Positions 22,359 through 35,128 of a DNA stretch of 64,000 nt are shown here, in pieces; the first letter of the stretch is position 1; each line of letters starts with the position of its first letter. The translations under genes and the position numbers were made by a program. Source of the DNA: Mytilus edulis. Its lineage: Eukaryota. The stretch is taken from NCBI RefSeq assembly GCF_963676685.1, contig NC_092344.1, positions 100,068,001 to 100,132,000 of the forward strand. Reading direction: 5' to 3'. The notes beneath the pieces were generated by a model. It did not search any database, was not told where the DNA came from, and saw only the letters and a program-made list of their open reading frames with translations.

Positions 22359-25113
22359 TATACAATTTAGACTTTATTTTTTTCTTTATCATCAAAGTTG
22401 AAAATCTATATGTTATTTCTATTATCATTATGGAAAATATACCTACATGCAGACGGAAATATCCAACCAAAAATCTTCCCGAGTGACTGCATTTTGACTG
22501 AAAGAAATGTCGTTTGTTTTCTCACCTAATTCTTACACGATATATTCTATAATTCACACACTAAGTGCAATCTAATGTTATTGGTCCAATGTTTTTTCCC
22601 TTCTAACATGAAAACAAACTTTATTTTAAACACAACTTTACAGTCCCACTCATATTTTGTTTCTTGTTTTTATTGGTATTAATTGATTTAGATGTAGTAG
22701 ATATGTTTAGTCATGCATGATTTGTTTTGGGAAATTCCTATTTATCTATTTTTTGCATGTATACGCTCTTTAGATGGTAAAACTAGCCTATGCTCTACGT
22801 ATCTTTTTTTGTGCTTTGAAACTTTTGTTAGGGTATTTTTTTTAGTGATAATTAGGAAGGTCTGGTGGGTTGTTTATTCCAAGTATCGACTCTGTGGTGA
22901 TTATTTTCGCCTTGTTAGATTTTCGATTGTGTGCATGTAGTTTGGAGTATCGAACTCACCGTACAATATGACTCTTACGATTCTTTTCAGAATTCTCTTA
23001 GTAAAAATCGTTTAACTTTTGCTAAGAATAAAAAACTAAAAAAGGATTTCATAAAATTTTGGGAGAATTCCATTTCAAAAAGTATTAATGATAAAAGAGG
23101 AAACAAATTAAGGACTTTCAAGGATTTGAAATCGTTTGATATGGAGAACTTTTTAAAATTAGATATAGACAGAGCTAATATTTCAAACTTTATAAGAATA
23201 AGGATAAGTAATAGTATTCTTATGATTGGGAAAGGCAGACATAAAAAGATTGATTTAGAAAACAGATTATGCCCCGTTGTAAATTTGAAGATGAACTACA
23301 CTTTACCTTAAAATGTGCCAAACTGAATGAATTGAGGAATAAATTTTTCCTGAATATTTCGGATATTTTACCATCTTTCAATAATCTTTCAGACATGGAA
23401 AAATTCTATTTCATGATTTCGAAGTAATGAATCAATGTTAATACCAAAATATGCTATCTTTAATTACATTACAACAGTATCGTAACTATATCCTTTCTGA
23501 ATAAGTCTGTTTAAAGGATGGTTAGCTTTTGAGGTGAATGCCAATATTTTTGTGCTTTCGGTAAAGAATATTACCATAAAAGATTTTGATGTAAAAATGT
23601 CCTTGTAAAATCTAATAAATGTTTTACCACTGGTTTGTGATATCGAAAACCTTGGTGTTATAATTATTCAGTAATACAGAAATGGGTCACCTTCTAAAAA
23701 TGGATGATTAACAATAGGAAATGAAAAGTCATATCATTAATTTCGGTATTATGCTTCCCGCTAAAGATGTGTCAGATGTTGTTTCGATGGGTCTTTGCCG
23801 ATTTTAGTCTTAAATTGTAACTCATAACAATAAGGAAACGGGTCCGCAATAAGTGGTTCACAATCAGCTCCCATTGGAATTCCGAAAACTTGGCGATATA
23901 TTATAGGAATCGACCATTTATGGCCGTGTTTTTGGATGCGGATATTTGCTGAAGTGATTGGTAATGTGCTTTTCTTGATTGAGTTACTTTTTTGTAAACT
24001 CTATTAAAACCAAAATTTATAAAGCTCACTATAGCTTGTGTTTATCATAGTGTAGTTTATTGAATATTGACTTTCATGTAATAAAATTTTGAATCTTGAA
24101 ACTTAATCTTGAAAATTTAAACTTTAAAAGTTAAGTAGGCTCGCGGGTATAAGATTTTCAGAAAAAAATTAAATATTAATTTTTCATTACAAATTTTATT
24201 TATTACCTTAAGTAATTGTTACTATATGGTACAAAACTCATTCCAAAAAATCAATTCGTGTTGGCCCCAGGTGACTTTTAAAATGTAGATATCATTGAAA
24301 AAGCTCCAAATTACCTCCCTTTGGTGCAAAAATGCCATTTTTTAGCATTCAAATTGAAATATCTTTTTAACTCATCGGTGACCTATATTTTTTATTGTTG
24401 TTTTCGAATAAGCTGTACATAAACTAAATAACTGTAAAATTTAAGCGATTTCTGTAATTTAGTTCTTTTTTTATTTCGATATATTACTGCTATTTCTCCT
24501 ATTAGTTCAACAGAAAAAAGGACATTAACAAAAATGTATGCTTCTTTCAAAGGCAGATTGTGAGCGTAAATGAACGGTGACCCCATTTTTTTATTTCATT
24601 TTTCTATTAAGTATAAGATAAAGTTCATTTATATAGAAAAATATGGAGAAATCCTATATTAAATTAAAAAAAAATTGATTTAGCGGACCCGCGAGCCCCC
24701 TTAAGTACTGAGAGATGTTTAATAAAAAAATAATAAGATTGTTTATTGTTTTGTTTGTGGTTTCCGAATATGTGAGTTGCAAGAGCTTAAGCAGAGTTCC
24801 ATTTGGTTCATATTATCACTTTATTTCATGATTACTTTGTGTACGTATTATGTGTATATATATTGTGTATTTCACTAAAAACTTGTTTTATAATAATCAT
24901 TGTATTATGATGTGTATGTATCTTTCCGAAAAGGGGCCCATCATGGATTGGTCTGAAAATAATGCCTAATAACTAAATGTCTATTATTTGTCTCTCAGGC
25001 ACTTGTCTCAGAATTGATTCCGAAAAATACGAAACATGTTTTATTCGGATTTGTGTCCGTGTTTTACTAATACTTCCGGTTGAAAAAATAGAAAACAAGC
25101 AGAAAATTATAAA

Positions 25114-28100
25114 ATGGATAAATATTTGATTAAGAAACCAAAAGAAATAAAACAAGATTCAAGTAAAAAAGGCTGCAGGAAGCAGATGAAACAGTCTACC
25201 ATCGAATCTCTCCAGGTCTAACACATAAAAGAAACAGATATATGCAATCATGTCCACAGCAAAATTCCAGTTATTTTCTTTATTTTCTATAACATAAAAC
25301 GAATTTTATTTATCCAGGGCATGCTCTGTCATAATTTTTTTCCAGATACACAAATTTTTCTTTACCCAGAGTAAATTTTGATCTGAAAACCGAGTTATTT
25401 TAGCCAAAGGGTCCATATGAACCTTAATCAGGTTGGGAACAAACCCTCTATATGGTGATTATACCTGTATAGAGGGATAATCCTTCTATAGAGGGGTAAA
25501 TTTATCCCTCTATAGAGGGGTATTTTTGTTTAGACTGGATTTAAATCAAAATAGGACAGAATGGCATTCTCTACTTATTATGGCAGTAACCTGGAACAGT
25601 TGATGCACCAATTGATGTACTTAATTTAATATGCACATGCCCAGTTTGATGCTTATCTGACTAAATATAAAATCTATTGTTCACCATGATTGAAAGCTGT
25701 GATGATCAGGTAAATTCTACTCACTTATGCCTCACTGAACAGAATTTCTATTGTTAGATTTAACATGAAATTTAAAGGTCAACTATTCCTTTTGTTGTTG
25801 ATCAGGTGTTCAGATAGGTATACAATAGATTGCAAGTTTTGTCACTTTAGCAGAAAACTGGTTATCCCAATTTTTAGTAAAGTGCATTTGTTGATGCATA
25901 TAATGCTAGAGATTATAGCCAATATAACTAGAAAATGCCATTCTGCCCTAATTTGCTTTAAATCCAGTGCAAACGAAAATACCCCTCTATAGAGGGATAA
26001 TTTTATCCCTCTAAAGAAGGATTATCCCTCTATACAGGTATAATCACCATCCAGGGGGTTTGTTCCCAACCTGTTAATTGCTGTACTTTGTTCTGTTTTT
26101 TCAGGCTCTCTCATATTTCTAACGCTTTCATGTCGATCCGGCCCCACGTTGATCTGTCCCCAAAAGAAAAATAAATTTATAAGGAATAAAAATAAAGATC
26201 TATATTAACATGATTAATTGTAATTCATAAATGTTTATAAATTTTATTATAATGTAAAAGGTGTACGCTAAAAAAAAGGCCTTTGACAAATTTTCTTCAG
26301 ATGAGTATAAAACAACTTTCATTACAAGTTTTCAAGATTATTGGGTATAATTATATCCAAAATGCTAGCCAGGAGGACAAACAAAAATATTAATATATTT
26401 TATGAATAAACAAAGTTTCTTCAGGACTGGTTTTCGTGTATTCGACAGAAGTTCAGAGAACTTGTATGTATTACTATTATGTCATTGTATAAAATAGGAG
26501 GATAATATTCTGTACGTTTTTGATCGAAAAAAGTACATTAAAATATATAGTGATATTCGTCACCAGTTTTTCTTAAAAATTTTGTAGCTAATAGCTTTTT
26601 ATTTCTATGTCGACCTAGGTCCCCGTAAACGATATTATGTGGTGTTGATGATTTCAGATTTAAAAGTAATTTACAGAATTTTAAATGTATCTTTTCTAAT
26701 ACCTCACTATTACTATTAAACCCCATACAACAAAATGGGCTTGGCAATTTTGTCAAAAAGATCTAGCTGACATTTTATGGAAAGCTGATACCTTCCTTCC
26801 CATTTTCAAGACTTCGAACATGGCTTTTAAGGCATTATCGGATAAATGTTTTTTAGTAATTTTGTTAAAGAATCCTCTGATGTTACCTAAAAAAAGATAC
26901 AATTAATTATTATAAGACATTACACAAAACAAGAGATCAAACTACAAAGATCTTGTTGATTTACTTAACTTTAGTCAATCAGGATTTGATTGAATTAAGT
27001 GATTACAAGTGGCATTACCTTAGTTCACAATCATCAAACAATTGTTGAATAAACAAAACAATTATTATAATAGACTAATAAAATGAATATTTTGATTAAA
27101 CAAGTCATTGTGATGAGTTAAATTTTATAGGCTCCATTGGATTGAAAATATTCATTTATCTCTTCTAAGTGTGATTTGAATAAATAAAAATCGCCATGAC
27201 ATTCAAAGGTATCAAGGAAATTTAATTTTATTATGCTGAAGCTGCTATACAAACAGACACAATCACAACCATTTTCTTATTGACTTAAAATATTTCATCC
27301 TACTGGTACTCCAATATATTCATACTTCACTTAACGGTTCTCATCCATCATAGATACTTTTTACAAATTCCATTTATACTGATTAAAAGTCTACATAGTG
27401 GACCTTATCATTTATTATGGGGCCAGATCGACGTGGGGCCGGATCGACGTGGGCCGGATCGACTTGGGCCAGATCGACTTGGGGTCGGATTGACTTGGGG
27501 CCAGATGGGTTTGGGCCCGGAACGATTGTTTACCTTTCTAACCAGAGACTTTCTTCACTAACGGGACTGGTCACTTATAACAATGTCTATACAAATTATC
27601 AGACAGATCACAGCCGTAGCTGATGTCACGTGACTTTATAGCAAAACATTTCACATTAACGAAGTTTTCTTCATAATCATAATTATATGTTCAAGTTTAA
27701 CAAAAAATCGTTTTTATGGAATTTAATACATTTTGTCATTTCAAAGTGCTGTTTTTCATAAGATTTCTCGGATCGTTTTTTTAAATATTGATTTTTGAAC
27801 TTTGAGGTATTTTATATTTGCTGAATTTTCAATAGCCGCCATCTTGTTTGATATGTAAACAATTTTACACAACTGCACTGGTTTTCTTCAAAACGATACG
27901 TCTAAGTTTGATAATTCATCATTCTTTCAAAATCTTATATTTTTTGTCATCATAAATGGCTATTAATCAGATTTTATTTTAACAACTAATAATAATTATA
28001 TAGTATAGTACTATACAATGTATTGTGAAATACTACTAGCATCGCATATCAGAGATACGAAACTAAATTTATTGTTGGGTGGTGGGGGCGGGTTAGCTTT

Positions 28101-30372
28101 AAACAGGTGGCTCAGTAATTGGTTAAAATCAATAGAGACGAGTCCCTTTAGTATAGAAAGTCCCTGTTCAAACAGATTGGACAATCTGCTTTAAGTGGGT
28201 CTCATTGGGGTCTAAGCGTGACATGGGATTGGCCGATTATTTTTAAGCATGATGAATAGCCCTAACCTGATTTACTGAGAAGATACAAGAATATGAAAAC
28301 TTCACTAAATAAACAATGTTTATCATTACATGTATATAGGATACCATCCTTGTCATGCTTGTGAAAATAATATGTACATGTACACTATAGCACAAAATTA
28401 TTATTTTTATATTTACTTATATATTTTTGTAGGGTGTAGTTGTGGTTGAAGAAATACGAAGGCTTAAATCCAAACTGCAGTTAGAAAGTACTTCAAAAGA
28501 AGAAATGGTTGATAGCTTGAACAAACTGGGACAGAAAATTCCTCCTAGACATGTCATGTTAGATACAAAAATAGGTATGAATTTCATACGATTGAAGTTT
28601 GGAGAGGCTTTTATTAATTTGTTCAGGGCAGGGCCAAAAATCAGACATTGGCACGACAGTTATAATACCTTGTTTATTAGAGATGAAATAAAAAAAATAC
28701 TGTACATTTTCTCCTAAAACACTTACACAAAATAGTTTGTGCTTATGAAACTTCTAGAATATGAGCATGTACTTATAAAAAAGAAGATGTGGTATGATTG
28801 CAAATGAGACAACTGTCCACAAGAAACCAAAATGACACAGACATTAACAACTATAGGTCACCGTATGGCCTTCAACAATGAGCAAAGCCCATACCGCATA
28901 GTCAGCTATAAAAGGCCCAGATAAGACAATGTAAAACAATTCAAACGAGAAAACTAACGGCCTTATTTATATAAAAAAATGTTGTAAGATTAATGCCTTA
29001 TTTGTTTGGATGAACCCCCACCCCAATGAAGCAAACAAAAATATGGAAGTTGTTGTTGTTAAACAACTTTTTTAATTAACTATATGTTTTTTTGTTTACA
29101 AATTGGAGTCCGTATTTGGTTTTCATTTTATAGGCAAACTGGTCAATAAGTTAAGAAAACACGAAGATAGTGACATAAGAAATGCAGCTAGACGTGTCTA
29201 TGTTAAGTGGAAGGAACATTTCGTAAGTCATGCTGAACGACCAGTTATTGAAGTCATGTGTGATACTAAAACAGATAAAATGAGAACATCTGGCAAGAAA
29301 CTGTTGGCTGGATCATTAGAATTAGAGGTAAAATCACTATTGCTATTAATAAAGTTAATAAAATTGAGAATTGAAATGGGGAATATGTCAAAGAGACAAA
29401 AACCCGACCAAAGAACAGATAACAGCTAAAAAACACCAATTGGTCTTCATCACATTGAGAAAATTCCACACTGTGAGGCTGGTTTCAGCTTAATACATGT
29501 AGCATGAAAATAAAAATATGGACACACAATAATTTTGGTTAGTTTAGTGTATCTGTATTTAGACATTCGAACAAGTAAGTATTTTCTCACATAAGAAACA
29601 ACAATTTGTAATGTTAGCACATTAAATAAGATGTGGGACAACATCAATAAGACAGCAACACAACAACACAGTAAAATAGTATACAATAATATTAATTACA
29701 ACATTGAAATCAAATGTGAAAATGGTGCTCTATACAAACAAGGTACATGTAATTCTTTTGAAACTTTGCTATTATTCAGTACACACCTGGACTTGAAGGC
29801 ATAAAACTTTGCTCAGTGCTCGGAGCACAAAAATCATGCTCGAAACATGAAATCCAGCAATTTGATTGGTTGATTTTCGAGTGAGTACAAAAATCATGCT
29901 CGAAAGTTTTATGACCGTAAGGCCAGGTATTTTATTCAAGAATTGTTTTACTGGTACAGTGTGAAATATCAGCTTCATGATTCAGTGTGAACTTTCGCAC
30001 TAAACAACAAGGTCAAGACAATTGATAATTAGAAGTGAATACATGTATATTTTGCAATCACTTCACTTGGATTTTTATTAACTTTTAAATTACTGGTAAT
30101 AATTATAATGTCCTGCTGTAACCTTTTATATCAACACATGTTTAAAATATGTTTTAAATTGTGATAAATGATCTGTTTTGTAGGAGAGTCACAATCTACC
30201 TGATGCCATAGAGAGAGAAGCATTTTACCACCATAAAAGATTAATCAGTTATGATTATCGTAGAACTATGAGAACTCTTGTATTTACACTGAAAAATAAT
30301 GAGGACATTCGACAGAAAGTCATAACTGGAGAACTTAAAGTACCAGAATTTGTACAAACATACAAAAAATGA
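25114..30372 (+). CDS. TCEANC2: Transcription elongation factor A N-terminal and central domain-containing protein 2 (4 coding exons: 25114-25215, 28433-28574, 29134-29327, 30184-30372; 208 aa)
   Basis: Manually spliced with GT..AG introns and consistent phases (0,1,0): MDKYLIKKPK...QSTIESLQ/GVVVVEEIRRLKSKL...KIPPRHVMLDTKIG/KLVNKLRKHEDSDIR...RPVIEV...LELE/ESHNLPDAIEREAF...YRRTMRTLVFTLK...FVQTYKK*. Collinear with vertebrate TCEANC2 as I recall it (MDKFVIR...QATIESLKRVVVVED...FVQTHKK). AATAAA near 30768. Confidence 0.95.
25429..26073. mobile_element. MITE with ~100-bp TIRs in TCEANC2 intron 1
   Basis: CAGGTTGGGAACAAACC...GGTTTGTTCCCAACCTG; TIRs built of CCCTCTATAGAGGG palindromes; 5-bp TSD TTAAT. 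Confidence 0.85.
26132..27535. mobile_element. Mutator/foldback-like element with 15-bp subterminal repeats, containing a LINE RT remnant
   Basis: TGGGGCCAGATCGAC-type tandem units at 27418-27520; inverted partial block at 26132-26162; internal minus-strand LEKIHLKFCKLLL...YGDLGR (26538-26756). Confidence 0.6.
28778..28975 (-). mobile_element. SINE-like repeat 3' part (Nin-domain-like)
   Basis: Minus strand GCTCATTGTTGAAGGCCATACGGTGACCTAT...GTTGTCTCATTTGCAATCATACCACATCTTCTTTT; decayed relatives at about 4520-4640 and 10545-10685. Confidence 0.55.
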
Positions 30373-32892
30373 TAAGTATGGAGATGATCAAAATCTGTGA
30401 TAAAATAGACCTATACTTGTTGTACAGTGTAGTTAAAAGGACAGAAAGAAATTGTAGGGGGTCAAGAAAATTTCAACAACTAGGCAGATGTGTTTCTTGA
30501 TTAAGCAAACAGAATATTCTTTAAAGATGAAGGAAAAAGGAAATTGTGTGAACTGCTAACTAATTTTTCAATTTCAAAGACAATTTAAATGAACTAATTG
30601 GGATTTAATGCAATTGCATGAATTATTTTAAAAACATTGTGATTCTATAAACTTACACAGGTTTCACATGAACATTATTTTGATAAACAGCAATAGGTTA
30701 ACTGTTTTATATATTTGTGTAATTAATTTTGATTTTATATTTATGTTTTTACTTTTTCATGTTGTCTAAATAAATTTGCATTTTTGCATAATATGGACTT
30801 AGTCTTTGAATATGAAGGTAGAAGTTTTAAAAATAAGATGGGTCTAGTTAATTGGAGTGTTTGCTATGATAGTTGTTCAAAAGGTGAAGACAATTTCAAG
30901 AGGACCTACTGGTATCTGGTTTCATGGTTTTATCAGGGGATTGTAATAGATGTATGATTGGAGTCTCTAAAATCTGGATTGAATGAAAAAAAGTAGAATT
31001 ATTGAAGTCTTTTATAATCATTGTTCTTCTAATGATCACCCAGTAATGTACAGGATGATATAATCTGAGCACTTTGAAAAGAAATGTCAGTTCAATGTCT
31101 TTTTGAATTTCATTTGAAATTCTTAACTTTATAATTGATATTATCAAGCTTGAAATAGAGACATAATCATGTGGATCATCCATACCACTAAAACAGACTA
31201 AAATTCCTCATCTTCCTAATTGAATATGTTCACAGTCTATTAGAAAAGGTTCATATTCAAGAAAACTCAACATCAATCAATAAACACCTTACATCCAGTG
31301 AAAATTAATTTGTGCACATTCAGGGCAAGAACAAATTAACAATTTAAAAAATACAAAATGGTAGGTTCTGCAAGTTTATGGCTGGAACTGGAAAATGGAG
31401 ATAGGATGGATAAAGGACAGAAATTAGGCCATTGAAAAGTCAATAAAGGACCCTTCAAAGAGTTGGTGCAAGGTTTCTTTAACATACAGAGGGAATTTCA
31501 CTTTCTACACAAGGAATAAGATTTAACATTCCCATTCAAATCCCACATTGCTGCACAGCCTAACAATGGCCTAACTTTAGCAAAGGTTTTAATGCAAAAC
31601 TGACAGATGTCATGTTCACTAAATTTTATGTTCCAGGCTACACCAAAGTGAAGTCATGTCAGGTGATCTCTTTTAAAATATAATGTACAAGTTGTTTCTT
31701 AAAACAAAAAAGATGACCTTAAACTTAGTAACTGAAAAATTTGCCTCAGCAGGAAAACTTAACAGTGACTATTATCAAATTTCTTATTGCTGGCAAATCT
31801 CTCTGTTATATGTATTCACCACTTTTCTAGAGGGTTATCTAGTCAATCTGGACCGTGAAATAATTAATAGACCTTTTGACCTATACTTACCATACCAAGA
31901 GTGTACATGCTGAAATGTTTCCTCTGCTTTACTTGACATAATTAAATAAAGTTTCAAATAAATAAAAATGATCAATGATCAAGGTAAGATGAAGCCTATC
32001 AGACAGACATGTGCATCTTACTATCATACAATATTTATCCACGAAACATAATTAAGTACGAAGATTTAACCTTGATCATTGAACAAAGAAAATGAGATCA
32101 AGGTCAGATGAACCATGGCAGACAATGTGTTCATCATACTATCAATCCAAACACCAAATAAGTGTGCTATTGCTTATAAAACAATCACAAGAGTGCACAC
32201 ACTGAAATGTCTCACCTTCTTTTCTAATCATTGATATTATGTTGATAGTCCTAAATATAAAGCTTTATTTACAACTGTCACATAAACTTAACATTAACCA
32301 AGAAAACTAAACCATATGAAAATGAGGTCAAGGTCAGATAAACCATGCCAGGCAGACATGTACAGCTGACAATTCTTCAATACAACAAATATAGTTGACC
32401 TATTGCTTTGATTTAAGAAAAACAGACCAAAACAAAAAAACTTAATGCTGAGCAATGATCCGTGAAAATGAGGTCAATGTCAAATAAAACCTGCGCGACT
32501 TACATATAGATCATAAAATATTTCCATACACCAAGTTTAGTTGACCTATTGCATATAGTATTAGAAAAAAAGACCAAAATTCAAAAACTTAACTTTGACC
32601 ACTGAACTATGAAAATAAGGTCAAGGTCAGATGACACCTGTCAGCTAAACATGTACACCTTACAATCATTCCATACACAAAATATAGTCGACCTATTGCA
32701 TACAGTATAAGAAAAACAGACCAAAAATTTACACTGAGCAATACATATAGTCTGGATACAACTTTAGAGAAATTTGTATTTCGTTGAACATTTAAATTCG
32801 TGGATCACCTATTCCCATGAAACCCACGAAAATTGGTATCCATGGAATAATAATGAATCCACAGTATCTTAACAAATAGACAAAATCAGAAA

Positions 32893-35128
32893 ACCAGATG
32901 CTCCGCAGGGCGCAGCTTTATACGACCGCAGAGGTCGACCCTGAACGGTTGGGGCTAGTATGGACACAACATTCAAACTGGATACAGCTCTGAATTTGGA
33001 TTGTGATTAAATAGTTGACACAGCATAGGTTTCTGACACCGAATGAATTTGGTCTAATGAACTTAAAATGTTTTTTTTGCTTTTGAGCAATTCACTATGC
33101 TGTTGAATATTAATCCTTTGATATTTGAAGAAATTTTCTTTTTCATTTCTGAAATCTGAAATAAGAAAATTGAACCCCACCAATTTTTTTTCACCTCCCC
33201 CTTTCCCTTATTCCAAAAATGATCTCAATTCAAATTTCTAATTGAGTTTTCAACAATAACTACTCATTTAAATACATCATAAAATATAAAATGTCATACA
33301 GTCATGATTTAAGTTGATATTACTACTATTCTGGACAAAGAAAGATATCTCCAATGCAACATTTTATATTGGGAAATTTCCAATGAAGTCCATTAAACTA
33401 AAGTTTTTGGCAAATTTCCAATGGAATTTATTAATAATAAAGTTTTTGGCAAATTTCCAATATACATAATTTAAGGTAGATAGGGTGTCTTCCTCCATTT
33501 TGGATTTTGAAATACCAGAAAACAAGGTCTAGATTTTAGATAAAATGTGAAAATTTTGAGATTAGTAGGTAATTCATGTGTAAGATTTTTCATTATAATA
33601 TAGAAAATGTCATGTTTTATCATATTTATGGTTGTATTCTACCAAAAAGCAAACACTTTTGTTTGCTTCATTTTTTTTCCAACTTTGCCAAATAAGGGGA
33701 GACATTTCAAATGCAAGGGCAGATAATTCAGACAGTGTTACTTTTACAATAGAATGTGTTAGGAATTTACCAATTTTATTATGTAGCAAGAAAACGAGTC
33801 CGGTGACCCCATTTTTTATTCTTCTTATCTGAAATAATATTATTGGAGCTATCTTCTCATATTTTATCTCAAAATTCTATGGTGTAGTTTTCGTTTATGA
33901 CTGAAAATTGGGTTTTCCATGCATAATCTATACAAAATCTGACAATTTTGCACAACCTGTAGTTTGAAAATAAGTCCGGTGACCCATTCTTTTTATTATT
34001 GTTCTTAAACAAGCAGGATATAAACTACATTTCTGCAAATTATTAAGAAATTCTATGGATTATAATTTAGACACCCCATCTACCTTAAGAGCAGTTTAGG
34101 TGAGATAATAAAATGAGTTACATTGCTTTTAAATTATGTTTTGTAATTGTCTATTAACCTGGAAACCCTTTTCCCCCCTTTTTTGCACCTTATTCCTTAA
34201 CGGTTCGAGCCATAACTCCCAAAGACAATTCTTGACATCCCTTTGTGGTATTCCAATATCCAAATCTAAATACATGGTTAGATTCATCATATCAAAGAAC
34301 CCCAAGAATTCAATTTTTGATGAAATCAAATAAAGTTCAATTTTGGACCCTTTAGACCTAAATGTGGGCCAATTTGATAACCGGTCCTAAATATTAAAAA
34401 TCTAAATACATGGTTAGATTCAGCATATTGAAGAACCCCATATATTGATTTTTTGTTGAAATCAAACAAAGTTTAATTTTGGACCCAATTTGGACCAACT
34501 TGAAAACAGGGCCCATAATCAAAAAACTAAGTACATGTTTAGATTCAGCATATCAAAGAACCCCAAGAATTCAATTTTTATCAAAATCAAACTAAGTTTA
34601 ATTTTGGACCCTTTGGACCTTAATGTAGACCAATTTGAAAACGGGACCAAAAATTAAGAATCTAAAAACATGGTTAGATTCGGTATATCAAAGAACCCCA
34701 ATAGTTCAATTTTTGATGAAATCAAACAAAGTTTAATTTTGGCCCCTTTTGGCCCCCCCCAATTCGTTTTGACCAAAACTCCCAAAATCAATCCAAACCT
34801 TCCCTTTGTGGTCATAAACCTTGTCTTAAAATTTCATAGATTTCTATTAACTCATACTAAAGTTATTGATCAAAAACCAAGAAAAATGCTTATTTGGGAC
34901 CTGTTTTTTTCCCCTAATTCCTAAACTGTTGGGACCAAAACACCCAAAATCAATCCCAACCTTCCTTTTATGGTCATAAACCTTGTGTTTAAATTTCATA
35001 GATTTCTATTTACTTTTACTAAAGTTAGAGTGCGAAAACCAAATGTCTTCGGACGACGATGACGCAGACGACGACGCCAACGTGATACCAATATACGACC
35101 AAAAAATTTTCAATTTTTGCGGTCGTAT
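32893..35128 (+). mobile_element. Helentron-like non-autonomous element with ~115-bp tandem units
   Basis: 5' TATACGACC sub-TIR; (GAC)n microsatellite; 3' hairpin TATACGACC...GGTCGTATA followed by an A-run; internal GGTTAGATTC.GCATATCAAAGAACCCC repeats. Confidence 0.65.
33475..34084. mobile_element. Kolobok-like MITE
   Basis: TTAA TSD; 16-bp TIR GGTAGAT(A/G)GGGTGTCT. Confidence 0.85.

Larger units (their letters stand above)
11864..24970 (+). repeat. Segmental duplication, copy 2 (contains BEL/Pao insertion)
   Basis: Same ORFs and repeats as 1-7806. Only a 20-bp satellite indel, a 2-bp indel and a few substitutions were noticed. Confidence 0.97.

Noticed and set aside
30370-30375. TCEANC2 ends TGA-TAA, suggesting C-terminal Sec
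   Set aside because: No SECIS seen in its 3' UTR, and the stop matches the expected orthologue length.
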